A stretch of DNA of 63,777 bases, filler included, from Atractiella rhizophila (taxonomy: Eukaryota): NCBI GenBank assembly GCA_021432655.1. It is 5 parts of 4 records of this genome, joined end to end, with 100 filler letters (N's around TTAATTAATTAA, not from the genome) between each part and the next. Parts side by side here need not be neighbours in the genome. Positions count along the whole stretch, not along the records: positions 26,773 to 54,392 come from MU271466.1; positions 54,493 to 60,461 come from MU271479.1; positions 60,562 to 62,162 come from MU271480.1; 2 more parts are not named here. One strand, 5' to 3'. The translations under genes were made by a program, and so were the position numbers. Below the pieces are notes generated by a model. It was not told the origin of the DNA. It saw nothing but the letters and a program-made list of their open reading frames with translations, and searched no databases. This document shows positions 49,731 through 62,262 of the stretch, one piece after another. The stretch's first letter is position 1. Every line of letters starts with the position of its first letter.

Positions 49731-52700
49731 CTAACGGTCCTTCTTACTCTCTCCCTTCTCATCTTTCGACTCCATCGCTTCCTTTGAACCCTCACCAACT
49801 TGTCCAAACTCGTTCGCCCTTGTGTAATCCACTTTGTAGATGAAGGATTGGTATATCAAACTTTCCCGCAGATTAGTTCAAATGTTCAAGATGTTGAAAT
49901 AGAGATGTACATGAGGAAGACAATGTCATCTCGAAAGCAAGCTAGCCGGTGTAGTAGCGGCATTTTTATGACGAAACTGAAGACTGCACCCCAAGAGACA
50001 CATTTCAGATCATGGCCTCGAACATTTGCGAGGAGCAAAACGTACAGTCGTCTACAATCGTGTTGAGGAATTTGTATGTAAAGGTTCTCATTGGCATATG
50101 TGCCACAGATTTGAGTTTATAGTTGATGATTAACTGTGGAATAAGCCTGTTCAAGTGCTGCTGTGAGCAACGCAGGTAAACTGGAAGGGGAACATACTGC
50201 ACAAAGCCAAAGGCATAGACGTAGGAGGTAAGTGTTGAAATGATGAACGAGTACCTGCAACACGCATAATGTGAATTCCCTTCCGCATAGAGGTAAAGTG
50301 AATAACGAACCATCCCCTGTGCGATTCTGCAATGAGCGAATAGATGGTATATCCGACCAAAGCCGGTCCTGCCACCCACGACACATACTTGAACGCGAGG
50401 GCATCATACTCTTGAGTCTTCTTTTCCTCTTCACTCAAGACATGTCGGTCTTGTATGTCTAGCTTCCATGGTAGCACGGAGCCAGGAGGAGAAGGTACCA
50501 CCTTGATAGAAACGGCTTTGGTGATCTTCCATGCTTCGATGACGAGTCCGAAGCCTTGCCCTCTGCACGACATTTAGTAAGCTTATTGGACCGTAAATTA
50601 ATGGAAGAGGCGAACGCAAGAATCATCCACGACGTGTTCTCGTTGTTGTCCACAAGATAGAGCAGGATGATGAGTCTGGGCGCGTCAATCAATCCACCTC
50701 CTAAACTGCAGATGTGGAGACACCCACTGCACCACGACGTTCGTAATAATCGTCCGGACGGACACACCAACAAGCTCCTTCTTATTCCTCCAGTGCACGA
50801 TATCTGTCCCAAACAATGCCTTGTGATTTTTGCCAGCCTGGGTGATTCAGAACATACCATTCTTGAACGCCAAGAATTCAAACCTTTCCAGTCTTAATGT
50901 CAACAATGCTCAATGAGGACAGTAGAACTTACAAAGAATGCAAGATACTGACGACAATAGTAGTCCCGAGCAAGAGTGGGTTGGTCTCGATCAACATTCG
51001 TTTGATCTCGTCCAGTTCACTCGTGCCGCTTGATGACTGCTCTGCTTGTCGATCGAAAGACTCCTGAAAAGACGCATACATCTATCACCGGACAGGTAAA
51101 GATTAACTCTCCGTCGTTTTGCTTGGGTATTGTTATGATGTACCTGAAACTTGAACCATGAAGTGGGATGCACCGTGATCCTCAAAGGGAGCTCACTAGA
51201 ACCCATTTCCGGCATCAATGTTTAAGCATTGCAGAAGTGATAAAGGGACACACGAGATGGTCTCATTGATAGGTTCCATAGCACCTTTCATAAGCCAAAA
51301 ATCGTTCGGGAACACGATGGGGTAGTATTCCTTCCTCTGTGTCCCTTCAGGAGCAGGAACGACGGATACGTCTTCACCGGAGGGTTCGAGAATCAAATGA
51401 ACTTCCCGAAGATAGGAATGGAGGACTAACGGCGGCTCAGGATCGCCGGCAGGGAGTAGAGGTCTAACACATTAGCTTCGGAGACGAGTGCGAGAGTCAG
51501 GTTGGGGTGATAATAACTGATGATCGGTGGCGGTCCCTGCGGTTCTTCCTTCGCTTCCAGTCAAAATCTCGCTCCGAGTGTAGAAAAAAATTGTCCCACC
51601 TCCATCTCCTCTTCCTTCTCAGTCCCAGAAAGCAGATTATGCGTCTTCCTCTCCCGCTTCAAGGGATGGAAGCGTGTGAGTAACTTTTGCCGAAATGAAA
51701 CATCCGATGGTTGCCAGGCCGGAGCTCCCGTAGGTGTAGTGTGGAGAGGTATCCCATTACGGACGAGGTAGATGTCGACGGAAAGGGAGGAGTTGTGTTG
51801 GACAGACTGTTTTGAGAGAAGAGTTAGAGCTGAATGGAACAGGTCGGAAGGTGTTACTCCTCCTTCCCTTCTACATCTAACGTGAGGAGGAAACAACAAG
51901 AAGGTACATAAAACGGGAAGTCGTCTGCGGCTCTATTGGCTCACAGATATTGGCAGATTGTAACTCAGGTCGAGCGAGCTTTCGCTTCATTTTTAACAAG
52001 CTCTAGCTATCAGTATCCGTCTTGGATATTAAAAGCGTAAACCAAGAAGGAGTAGGCGAAACTGGAGAAGAAAGTGCATCTTTTCGCATACACCAAGATG
52101 AATACGGACATCACCACGCAGCACACAGGCCGTTATGAAACCGGGTGAACATTTGAAAGGAACATGGTTCAGGGCAGCCAATTTCAAGAGGTCGAAAGCA
52201 CTGATGCAACGCTATAAGGAGCTGAACCCGAAATCATACAAAAACGCCACAACGATCGAGAGCACGACACTAGCCAAGGATCCCTAGGATAGATGGTGGC
52301 GCTTTGTGTCTTTAATAAAAGTTGCGGGGCGACTCTCAGTCGACCAGAAACGATGTAGCTCCACCTTCTTTCTCCTTCGTGGTTGGGAACGAAGGACGTT
52401 CGAATTTGAGAGAAAAAGGAAATCTCTCAAGTGCAGTACAAATGCCAGGGTTCTGAATAGATACACCTGAGGCGTCTCAATGCTCTAGTAATTAGGACGA
52501 TGTTAAAGTGCCCGAAAAGTAAAATGCAATACGAGGCGGGACCCTCCATGTTTCACCTCTCCGCCTGGTCTTTAAAATTTCCCAACCTGCAATGGATAAA
52601 GGTTGCTGCGTTCTCGAATGCGAACGAGGACATGATTCACCTCAGCTACAAAAGAGAATGAAGACACCACTTTTCGACGTCATCCCTCACTCCCGCGATT

Positions 52701-53354
52701 CCTTCATTGCGCCATTAAAAGTCCACATTCTCCTCTTTCTAAGAGAAATTTATACGCCAGCTGCTCTACGCCCGCGCTGCAATCTCAGAAATGAGGCAGG
52801 AGAATAACCTCTCTCACCACAAACTCGCAGCAAGAGCACCACAACCATACAGCACTCCGAATGACCCGCCTCAAACCAAGTACATACCTTAGGCACCTTC
52901 CAACTCCCCTCCCACGTCCTCTCCCACCCCCACTCCCCAAACTTAATCTTTCCCTCATCGGCTCCCTTCACCCATTCACCGTCCATGTGGACCTTTTGTC
53001 CCTCTCCCGTCCTGAGATCCAAAAACAAATCGAGCTCCGTTCCTAGCGGCCAAGCCGGGAAGACCTCAAACTTGGGTTTTCCCTGCGGCGTCAGCGCGGA
53101 AGGGTCTCCTGGGCTGTTAGGAGAGTTTGCAACGTCAGGAGAGCTAGACTGTGGAGAGGATTGGGGGAGGAATTGTTTGGTGAGGAAGTTGGTGAGCATC
53201 CATATTCCTATCTACACTCATCCGTGACTAACCCGCACACATGCTGGAAAGGAGGACTAACCATCAAGGGAAGCTGTTTGACCAGCGTCTTGAAGAAGGA
53301 CTCGTTCTCGCCATCCCCATTGCCACCACGCCGCGCCTGACCGTTTGCTGACAT
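49731..53354 (-). CDS. CLPTM1: CLPTM1-family ER membrane protein; contains a 1081-nt intron
   Basis: VPK|SVQHN, SYYHPNLTL, YYPIVFPNDFW, ETNPLL, EFLAFKN, IEAWKITK, INYKLKSVAHMP, YKFLNT.VDD, IKMPLLHRLACFRDD and YKVDYTRANEFG motifs. Confidence 0.93.
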
Positions 53355-53731
53355 TATCGCTTGCTCTCCTCGCGCACTGACACTCTGCGTTGTATGCTGT
53401 GGCTAGAAGGACCAAGCCAATGAGAACGTGTTCAAGGGAGAGGGACTAGCCCAAGATCAACGGGTAATGTCGTGCCGGACGGGGCGGACACATCAGAATA
53501 TTTGATGTTACGGCGCCTAAATTCACCCTGGTAGAGGAAGGAGAGAGAATCGACCTAGACGGAGACTGCAAGACGGAGCAAGCAATTCTTACTAGAGACT
53601 CGTCGACACGACCACACATTGTTCAAGGATTCCATGGATAAGATTTTGGATAGTAAGAATTAACAGTTGCATCAACTCATTGTGGAGGCATACTCATTGT
53701 AACGGGGAGCAATTATAAGGGTATTATATCA

Positions 53732-54392
53732 TTAGGAAGCACAGTCTTCTAGATGCTTCATCGTGGCCTCTTCATCATCCTCATCCCGACCCTCAGTCCC
53801 GCTCCCCAAAGCAATCCAGCGAGGATGGAGGCATAGGTACCTGTGCGTTCATTGGCCACACGTCATTCGGAGGAAGAAAGGAAGACGAACCGTTAGCATG
53901 GGGTTCATGGTACTATAATCCAACAAGCAGAAAATCAGCGGAGGAGGAAGCTGGAGACCGCAAACTCTCAAAAGAGGAGGGAACCATAACGTACGGGATC
54001 CATCTGCGTAGTGGCCCACTCGCTCCCTGCAATCAACGCCAACAGCGACCAAAGTGGGACGTAGAACTTGGCCGCTCCAAAGATGTTACTCATCGGATGA
54101 AGAGCCGTCGACACTGCTAGACAGCCGCCCACAGCAAACGACCAACCGTAGGTCCTTTCGTCGAAGGGGGAGCTCAAAGAGAGCGATTGACGCGTTTGGC
54201 GCGAAACGTAGAGACCGGCGGCCGCCTGAAAGATAGAGATGGGTGTCAGTCCATTGTAGAGGTCGTGGTTTGGAGATTGGGAGGGAAGAAGGAGAGGCGT
54301 ACAGTGGACACGTAAGCGGTGAGAGAGAGGAATGGGGCCACTTGAGACATGGCGCTCATGAAGGGGATGGTATATAATGCCATGACGACGAG
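53732..54392 (-). CDS. 3' fragment of a multi-pass membrane protein; 5' end lost in the gap
   Basis: Hydrophobic spliced exons separated by GT-AG introns, ending HPRWIALGSGTEGRDEDDEEATMKHLEDCAS*. Confidence 0.5.
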
Positions 54393-54492
54393 NNNNNNNN
54401 NNNNNNNNNNNNNNNNNNNNNNNNNNNNNNNNNNNNTTAATTAATTAANNNNNNNNNNNNNNNNNNNNNNNNNNNNNNNNNNNNNNNNNNNN
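54393..54492. other. Artificial assembly linker
   Basis: Same 100-nt N/TTAATTAATTAA/N spacer. Confidence 0.97.
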
Positions 54493-55811
54493 GCACCACC
54501 GTGAAGATTATCCAAACCCTCGTACCTTGTGGTGTGACGAGTTTTCGATTCGGCGTTTCGATTTCTTTTGACGAAGATTAGTTTCTGCCTATATGTTTGT
54601 TTCTGGTCGCTGTATTGTTTCCTTCGTATTTCTCTGGCGAATTCGTCTCTTGGTTTCAATCTCTTTCTTGGTTTTTGGTTTTTGGTTTCAGTTTTTCTTG
54701 TTACAATTTCAAGAAGCAACCTGTTGTTGTTGTAGCAAGGTGTGTTAGTCGTATTTCATATTCTGGTTATCGGTTTCAATAGAATGTGTCTGTGGTCTCT
54801 GTTTCTTCTCTCAAAAGCGTCGCGTGAAGCGAACAGGATTGCGTGCAGCCAAGTTCATTTGCATTGTTTTGGGTTCTGTCTGAGCCCCAAGGTTGTTCAA
54901 GATCAGTTCTGAACGCGCTCAAATATTTCAGGAGTAAGTTTGATCGTCCTTGATATCACTGCTCCATTTATTGTCGGCTTGACCGTTTGTTGTTTGGTGC
55001 ATGGATGAGAGCTTCCTTTTCACCACACAAAATTAGAATGGCCAACACTTCTGACTTTTCGTCATGTATTAAACATCTCGACTGGTGGCAGACGAATTTC
55101 TTGTTTACGCAGGGGCAGAACTCACTTAAATTTGTGTTGTTATAATATTCGAGTGATTTACTTGTTCGAGTGATTTACTTAGACGACCGGAACTGCAAAG
55201 CATATCCTAGTTAAACTATTACAACACAACAAAACAGTAGGTCTTCCCATCGCAGAGAGACCAGGTTATAGGAGACTCCTCGAACACTTCTGGTACCGTG
55301 AAATCATGATCAAAACCGCCTCCATCCCAATCTCGTCGGCGTCCTCTTCTCGACAATCCTCGTGCTTCCATCCATCAAGACGTGCCTTTGATAAAGATAC
55401 CACCTTCCTTATGCTTCCCTCGAGATGGATATCGTCTACATCTCTACATCTCTCCGTATATACATGAAGTAGAGGGGAAAGGCGTGCGAATCACGTGTAA
55501 ATATGACGGACGAACCTACTCCACACGCAGCGCGACTTGAAATGTCCAGTTGTGACAAAGTTTTGCAAGGCAGACCATCAGAGAAAGCTCAACTTCCTCA
55601 ACTGGGTTGCACAACGCACGGGTGGACGTTGCCCCTGCCAAGTAGCGGAAGAATGACAGAACAATCGAATACATGGACAAGTCAACATGCTCTAGCCTCA
55701 TGGTTTCAGGAGTAAGCCTTGCCTACTAGCAGAGCAAACACATGATCTCCCTTGATCTTATATACCCTTTCCTTTCATCGATCCAATCAGCCTGTTCCTA
55801 CTCACGAAGAA

Positions 55812-56635
55812 ATGAAGACTCTGTTTTCTGTCCTTACCATTGCTGCATTGGCAGCTGCCAACACCCCAATCTCTCGATCTACACTCGAAAGTGAGGGTGT
55901 TTATCGTTTTGTGCTGGCGTCGCGCCCGAAATGGTGGTTTGGCATACCCTCTGTTGGTTCGTCTCCCCTGTATCCCTCCTTGCAATTGACAGAGTTACGC
56001 AGGTCTCTGCCCATCCCGCACGGCTCCCTGTTACCCCGAACCCGCTGTGAACCATACGACTGGTGAACAGAACCCAGGAGCAGGTCTGTGCGCGTGGCCA
56101 AACGCAAATTGTGGTTGCTTATACCCATCAGANNNNNNNNNNNNNNNNNNNNNNNNNTAAGTGAAACCCAATTGACGAATACATCAGGAAATGTGAAGGG
56201 AAGGGCGTTTCCACATTATTATATCGCGCATCAGTGCAGCAGCACGGAGGTGCGAGCAGGGTTTTGGGTCCTTTGTCTTTATGTCTTGCGACAAATGAAG
56301 CTGATAAGAACATGCTGTCAAGGTGTACTACCCTAAGGACGGCCATACGGGTACAGGTCCACAGACATGACTGGTCTGCTTTTGTTACCATGCGGACGCT
56401 GCTCTACTAACTGGAATGATTCATGGGCAGGGAGTACTACCTTGTTCGTTCACGCTTTATCATCCTATCTTGTGTAACTGCTGTTAAATGGCTGATCGAG
56501 CAGGTCATCTGGTCTTCAGCATCAGCCACAGGTGACTTCACAAGATCGTCCCATGTTTTCTCCTATCACGGAGATAGGCTACAAGAAGCATGGAGCAGTG
56601 CTTCCACCGTCGAGTTCGTTACATCTATCAAGTAG
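55812..56635 (+). CDS. Small secreted Cys-containing protein, multi-exon, spanning a 25-N gap (56133-56157)
   Basis: Signal peptide MKTLFSVLTIAALAAA, a Cys-rich exon LCPSRTAPCYPEP..GLCAWPNANCGCLYPS, and short introns. Confidence 0.5.
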
Positions 56636-57773
56636 TGGTAAGCATCATGACGCGTGGGGAACAGTGACGATTTGAATGATGCAGCTGATGGCGAGGGCAA
56701 TCATGCGTGCGCCTCTGCTCTGCCTCTCGAGATGACTAGTTAATGAGTGCGGTTGAGCAGTCTTTGTGTACCCTGGTACACTTTGATTTTCAACTCAATA
56801 TAGGAAAGAAGCTGACGCTTGGAAGGTTGGTCGAAAACATCCAAATTTCCCGGACAGAAACGTGTGTTTTCCGTCCTTTTCTGAAGGGAATGGGCTGAAG
56901 TTGGTGTGGGGACAGATTCGGTTTTGCGACGTCCTATCGCAGAGTACGAAGAACGCATGTCCGTACATTCTTCTCCAATGCCTTACACACTTATCAACTG
57001 CTTATTAGACCGAAGCCATGACTGGTGGTTAGTCCCCTCGTTCTATACTTGCTTTTTCTTACTCTTCCCCATCGAGGTACTACGCGGACGAGTCTGATTT
57101 GATTAACGCCGAAGCGTCAACGCAAATCGGCGGGCTGGATAGATGCTATTGGAGACGGATGGGGATCGGCGACTGGGTATCCGAGTGTGAGAGGAGGGGA
57201 TGGAAGGATCTGTGGACTCAATGGGACCGGAGGCACAATACTGAGGACCCAGGAGGAAAGAGAGACGGCTTGGGACGTAATTGATGCAGTTACACTGACG
57301 GAACTGAATTTGTCGGAGGCGGAGATCAGGAAGAGATGTATCGTGGAGGAGTAAGTGGTTTTGCAGGGTTCATTGTATGTCTATTAGCGTATTATTTCAC
57401 AGCTGCATTGGTACCGACGTTTCACAGATCCACAATCCATCGATATTCATCAGCTAGATTCAAGTCTCGACTAGCTTGACGCCTCCTGTATTTTATTCTC
57501 GCACTCCTTGGAGTTTATTTGTTCACCACCACTGCTAAGTCTTGCATGTCAGGGTTAAGGTACATGACGCTTCCATACATAGCCACCTCAATCACAACCA
57601 GACAAGTTCACCATGCACCCTCACAACACCTCACATCTTGAAAATATGTATGAGTTCAAGGTACTATGCAGTAATCAGGGTTCATGGCTAATGGCTACAG
57701 ATAGCGGACTTCCCGCCGATATACAATGGTTACATAAACCAAAAGCTGCTCCAAGTCGCAAAGATATCCGCAT

Positions 57774-60461
57774 TCATTCTAATGGCCTGCCACGGAACAT
57801 CAGTTGGCAGCATAGCCTAAAGGGAACTGTACAAATAGTTGATCCTGCACTTGTGTCACAGTTTCGACGCCTTCTTTTAGACGGTCTTTCTTCTGAGTCG
57901 ACTTCGCCCCGACGTTGTTCGAGCCGCCCAATGTCACAAATGCAGTTAGCCACACCTTGCTGATCTTCTAGCGTCAGAAAGAGCTGTTTCGCCTCCTCGA
58001 ATCGTTTCATTGCTTCCTCATCCTCCCCGCTACGTTCCTGGACGCTCCCGATGTCACGAATGCATTGGGCTAAGTTGTGCCGATCTTCCACTCTCAGATA
58101 CAGTTGCTTCGCCTCTTCAAATCGTTTCAATGCTTCCTCACTCCGTCCACGACGCTCCTCAATCTGCCCAATACCACGAATGCAATGGGCTAAGCCTTGC
58201 TGATCTTCTACAACCAGATACACCTGTTGAGCCTCCTCGAATCGGTTTAATGCTTCCTCATATTGACCTTGACGCTGCTCGATCTGCCCGATGCCACGAA
58301 TGCAATGAGCTAGGCCTTGCCTATCTTCCACCACCAGATATAGCTGCTTCGCCTCTTCCAACTGGTTCAACGCTTCCTCATTTTGCCCGCGACATTGCTC
58401 TATCTCTCCCATGCTGTGAAGGCAGTGGGCTACACATTGTTGATCCTCCACTTGCAGATACAGCTGTTTCGCATCTTCGAATAAGTTCAAGGCTTCCTCG
58501 TTCCGCCCACGACGTTGCTCAATCTCTCCCATGCCGAGAATGCAGTGGGCAAGACATTGTCGGTCTTCCACCAGCAAATACAACTGTTTTGCTTCCTCAA
58601 ATCGTTTCAGTGCCTCCTCGTTCCGCCCACGGCGTTGCTCAATCCGCCCAATGCCCCAAATGCAATGAGCCTCGCCTTGCCGGTCCTCCACCAACAGATA
58701 CAGTTGCTTTGCTTCCTCAAATCGTTTCAATGCCTCCTCATTCCGCCCACGACGTTGTTCGATCCTGCCTATGCCACGAATGCAATAGGCCAAGCCTTGC
58801 CGATCTTCTACCAGCAGATACAGTTGCTTTGCTTCCTCAAATAGTTTCAATGCCTCCTCATTCCACCACGGTGCTGCTCAATCCGTCCAATGCCACGAAT
58901 GCAATGGGCCTGGCCCTGACGATCTTCCACCATTTGATAGATCTGTTTTGCTTCCCCCAACAGTCTGAGTGCTTCCACATTCCGCCCACGACGTTGCTCG
59001 ATCTCTCCCATGCCGAGAATGCAGTGGGCCACACATTGTTTATCCTCCACTTGCAGATACAGCTGTTTGGAATCTTCGAATAGGTTCAAGGCTTCCTCGT
59101 TCCGCCCGCGACGTTGCTCAATCTCTCCCATGCCGAGAATGCAGTGGGCAAGACATTGTCGGTCTTCCACCAGCAAATACAACTGCTTCGCTTCCTCAAA
59201 TCGTTTCAATGCCTCCTCGTTCCGCCCACGACGCTGCTGGATCCTACCGATGCCACGAATACAATGAGCCAAGCCTTGCCGATCTTCTACTAGCTGATAC
59301 AGTAGCTTCGGTTTCTCGAAATGTTTTAATGCTTCCTCATTCTGCCCGTGACGCTGCTCAATCCTCCCAATGCCATGAATGCAATGAGCCTGGCCTTGAC
59401 GATCTTCCACCAGCAGATACAGTCGCTTCGCTTCCTCAAAGCGTTTCAATGCCTCCTCGTTCCGTCCACGATGCTGCTCAATCTTCCCTATACCACAAAT
59501 GCAGTTGGCTTGGCCATGTCGATCTTCGACCATCAAATACAGATGCTTTGCTTCCTCTAACTGTTTCAATGCTTCCTCGTTCTGTCCGCGACGCTGCTCG
59601 ATTCTCCCCATGCCATGGATGCATTTAGCGCGGCCTTGCTGATCTTTCACTGCCAGATAAAGCTGCTTTGCCTCCTCGAACCGTTCTAATGCTTCCTTGT
59701 TCCGCCCAAGATGCTCCTCAATCATGCCTATGTCATGGATACAGTGGGCTAGCCCGTGTCGATCTTCTAACAGCTGATAGGACCGCTTCGCTTCCCGGAA
59801 GTGGGTCAGCGCCTGTTGCGGGTTCCCCTTCTGTTGAAAAGCTGACCCGAGAGCCCTCATCAATTCGGCTGTGATTGGCGGGGGTAAACTAAACCTTCCA
59901 GAGGACAAAGCACCCTGGATCAATACTACTGAGAGGAGGCTTTGAAGATGCAAAAAATGCCAAATTTCTACCAGGAAATTGAAGACACCTGTCACATCCT
60001 TGAGATGTTTAAGAGCGGAAAGGAGGACATGTTCCAAGTTTGGATAATCGTTACGAAAAGACAGCAGTTCGAGTCGTTCAGCTTCGTCTTTGAATCGTTA
60101 GACATTTTTACGAGCCTTCTCAATTAGATGCTCCGTTAAGGGCTCAAGTGATAAAGTAGCAACTTTAAAAGGAGGAAGAGGGCCCCCAACCAAACGGTTG
60201 ATATGTTCGCGAATTGGTGCAAGCATACGCAATCGTTGGGAGTTTGTAAAAATATCATCAACCTTTTCAGCAAGTCCGACATCTAAGATGTTCGTGATGG
60301 CCACGGAAGACTCTTCTGAGCCATGAAGACCGGAGTCACTCACAATAGTTGTAATGTCATTGGCAAGAAGGCCATCAGGAGTCCACGATAGAAGGGCAAG
60401 TATAAAACTACTTAAGTCTTTGGTTTCTCGGAGAAGAGGTGAAGTGAGAGAAAAAGATATC
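57774..60461 (-). pseudogene. NLR-type (NB-ARC/STAND + TPR) gene, C-terminal part; premature stop and frameshift
   Basis: Post-NTPase motifs ALLSWTPDG and RLRMLAPIREHI followed by about 16 40-aa TPR units. In-frame TAA at 60098-60100 and a 1-nt deletion at ~58865. N-terminus lost in the gap. Confidence 0.8.
57915..59850. repeat. Tandem array of about 16 highly similar 120-nt units encoding TPR motifs
   Basis: Consensus AHCIxGIGxIEQRRGRNEEALKRFEEAKQLYLLVEDRQGx. The 120-nt periodicity is directly visible. Confidence 0.95.
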
Positions 60462-60561
60462 NNNNNNNNNNNNNNNNNNNNNNNNNNNNNNNNNNNNNNN
60501 NNNNNTTAATTAATTAANNNNNNNNNNNNNNNNNNNNNNNNNNNNNNNNNNNNNNNNNNNN
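60462..60561. other. Artificial assembly linker
   Basis: Same 100-nt spacer. Confidence 0.97.
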
Positions 60562-61225
60562 TATCATTAATGTATAATTAGGCATATGCAGGGATTCAAC
60601 ACTAATATCAGTTGTCAATAAATGGTCAGTGCGAGGGAAAGATGCAGATGCAGCTGGCCAGAACGTTGGTCCTTCTCGCTTGTGTATCCCCCATTCCTTA
60701 TAACCTTCAAGATCTATGCTCTAAGAAAACGGCGTTCAGAACTGATATACGACATGTACAGTAATACCTATTACGGACATCATCGTGCGACTATTGTAAA
60801 CGAATTTGCCCACGCAAACGTTACTTAAATGGACCTTATGGATATATGGATGGATCCATTCCACGCATTTCGGGGCGACGTTGCAAGAAGAGAGAAGATA
60901 TGCAAGGTTGTTGAAGAAGTTAGTCGACATCAACGACGTGTTTCTGAAAATGGCGGGCACTGAGCATGATCATCATGAAGTATGTCAGTGACTTGTTTCT
61001 TTCCTGGTAATAGACTGCTTGGATTACACGAAGCTTTCCGAAGCTTTCCCTGTTTGATTCGCCGAGTAATCAACGATCATTGGGCATAACCGAAAGTGAT
61101 GTCATCCAACTTCATCTTTTCGATATAAGAACCCTCCGGCTTCTCTTTCAAACGAACGAAGGATCTCGCTCTGGCTTGATCACAGTTATACAATATATCA
61201 CAAATCGACGTTACAAACCACTGGC

Positions 61226-62060
61226 ATGACCTCCACCACCAAACAAGTCTGGCCCACCGAGTCCCCCAACGATCCCCCAACCCAAAAGCAAAAGGGTTTT
61301 GCTGAACAGTTGGTGAAATCTCGAGCAGTAAGAGAGGAGGAACTTGACTCAGTGAAAACGAAGGGGGAAATGTCGGAGTTCATCGCTCATGTGCGTTTCA
61401 CTCCATTTTCCTCTGCACAAACTGAGTTGGTGAATAGGCTGTTTCTGATGCGAAACATGCAGGACAAACGGGGTTCGATCCTATCAAAGCTCCTTCTCAA
61501 GAACAGAGGGACGGGCCGGCGACCCAAGCGCAATTGGATTTTGCGTCTCGGTAAGTCACTCTGAGACTATTTTCCCAGGATGCTCTCTGACTTGTGGAAT
61601 GATTGCTGGCAGACTTGGGAAATCGACCTTTGTTGACTCCGCGTTGCTCGATAGTGGAGCTCTCAAAACCAAAGGAGCAGTCTCAGACTTCATACAAGAT
61701 TCCCAACGCGCCATCGCTCATGCTGCAGATGGTCCAGTGAATCCTGTAAAGACTGTGAAACCAGGACAGGCGGAAGATGATCCTCCTACCAAGAAGCAGT
61801 TGGAGTTTGCTCAACGGTGCGCCTCCCAGTATTTTCAAGGAGAACAATTCACGTGGAATGTGTAGACTTGTGGGTCATCCCGCGGTAGATAAGAGCAGAT
61901 TGGAGGACGTGAAGACGAAAGGGGAGGCAAGCGAGTTTTTGAGCCAGGCTCAGAGGGTATGTCTTGTCACTTATAGCGCTTCGAGTTTCTCGTTGCTTGG
62001 ATGTGATGTGATTACTAATTCTTCATACAGGTCGTCGCTGGTCAGGCTCCTCACAACTAA
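61226..62060 (+). CDS. Small protein with three tandem DUF3072-like repeats, 5 exons
   Basis: Repeats DPPTQKQKGFAEQL..VKTKGEMSEFI, DGPATQAQLDFASRL..LKTKGAVSDFI and DPPTKKQLEFAQRL..VKTKGEASEFL. Four GT-AG introns restore a single frame. Confidence 0.75.
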
Positions 62061-62162
62061 TACCTCCAAAAAATAGAATAAATCGCACTCTCGGCATCCG
62101 TCTGTATCATCAAAGCTGTTCATAGCCGTCAATGTTCATACTTGTCCGATTTCCGCCCCAAA

Positions 62163-62262
62163 NNNNNNNNNNNNNNNNNNNNNNNNNNNNNNNNNNNNNN
62201 NNNNNNTTAATTAATTAANNNNNNNNNNNNNNNNNNNNNNNNNNNNNNNNNNNNNNNNNNNN
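62163..62262. other. Artificial assembly linker
   Basis: Same 100-nt spacer. Confidence 0.97.

Noticed and set aside
54533..54835. T-rich ~300-nt TG...CA segment resembling a solo LTR
   Set aside because: No target-site duplication, PBS or PPT, and no second copy in the window.
58010..59628. Long repetitive plus-strand ORFs with CxxC motifs; CRISPR-like periodicity
   Set aside because: Antisense by-products of the coding TPR array. There are no unique spacers or cas genes and the context is eukaryotic.
60562..61100. Coding-looking fragment after the linker, possibly continuing the NLR
   Set aside because: No P-loop motifs, opposite apparent orientation and stops in all frames. No family recognised.
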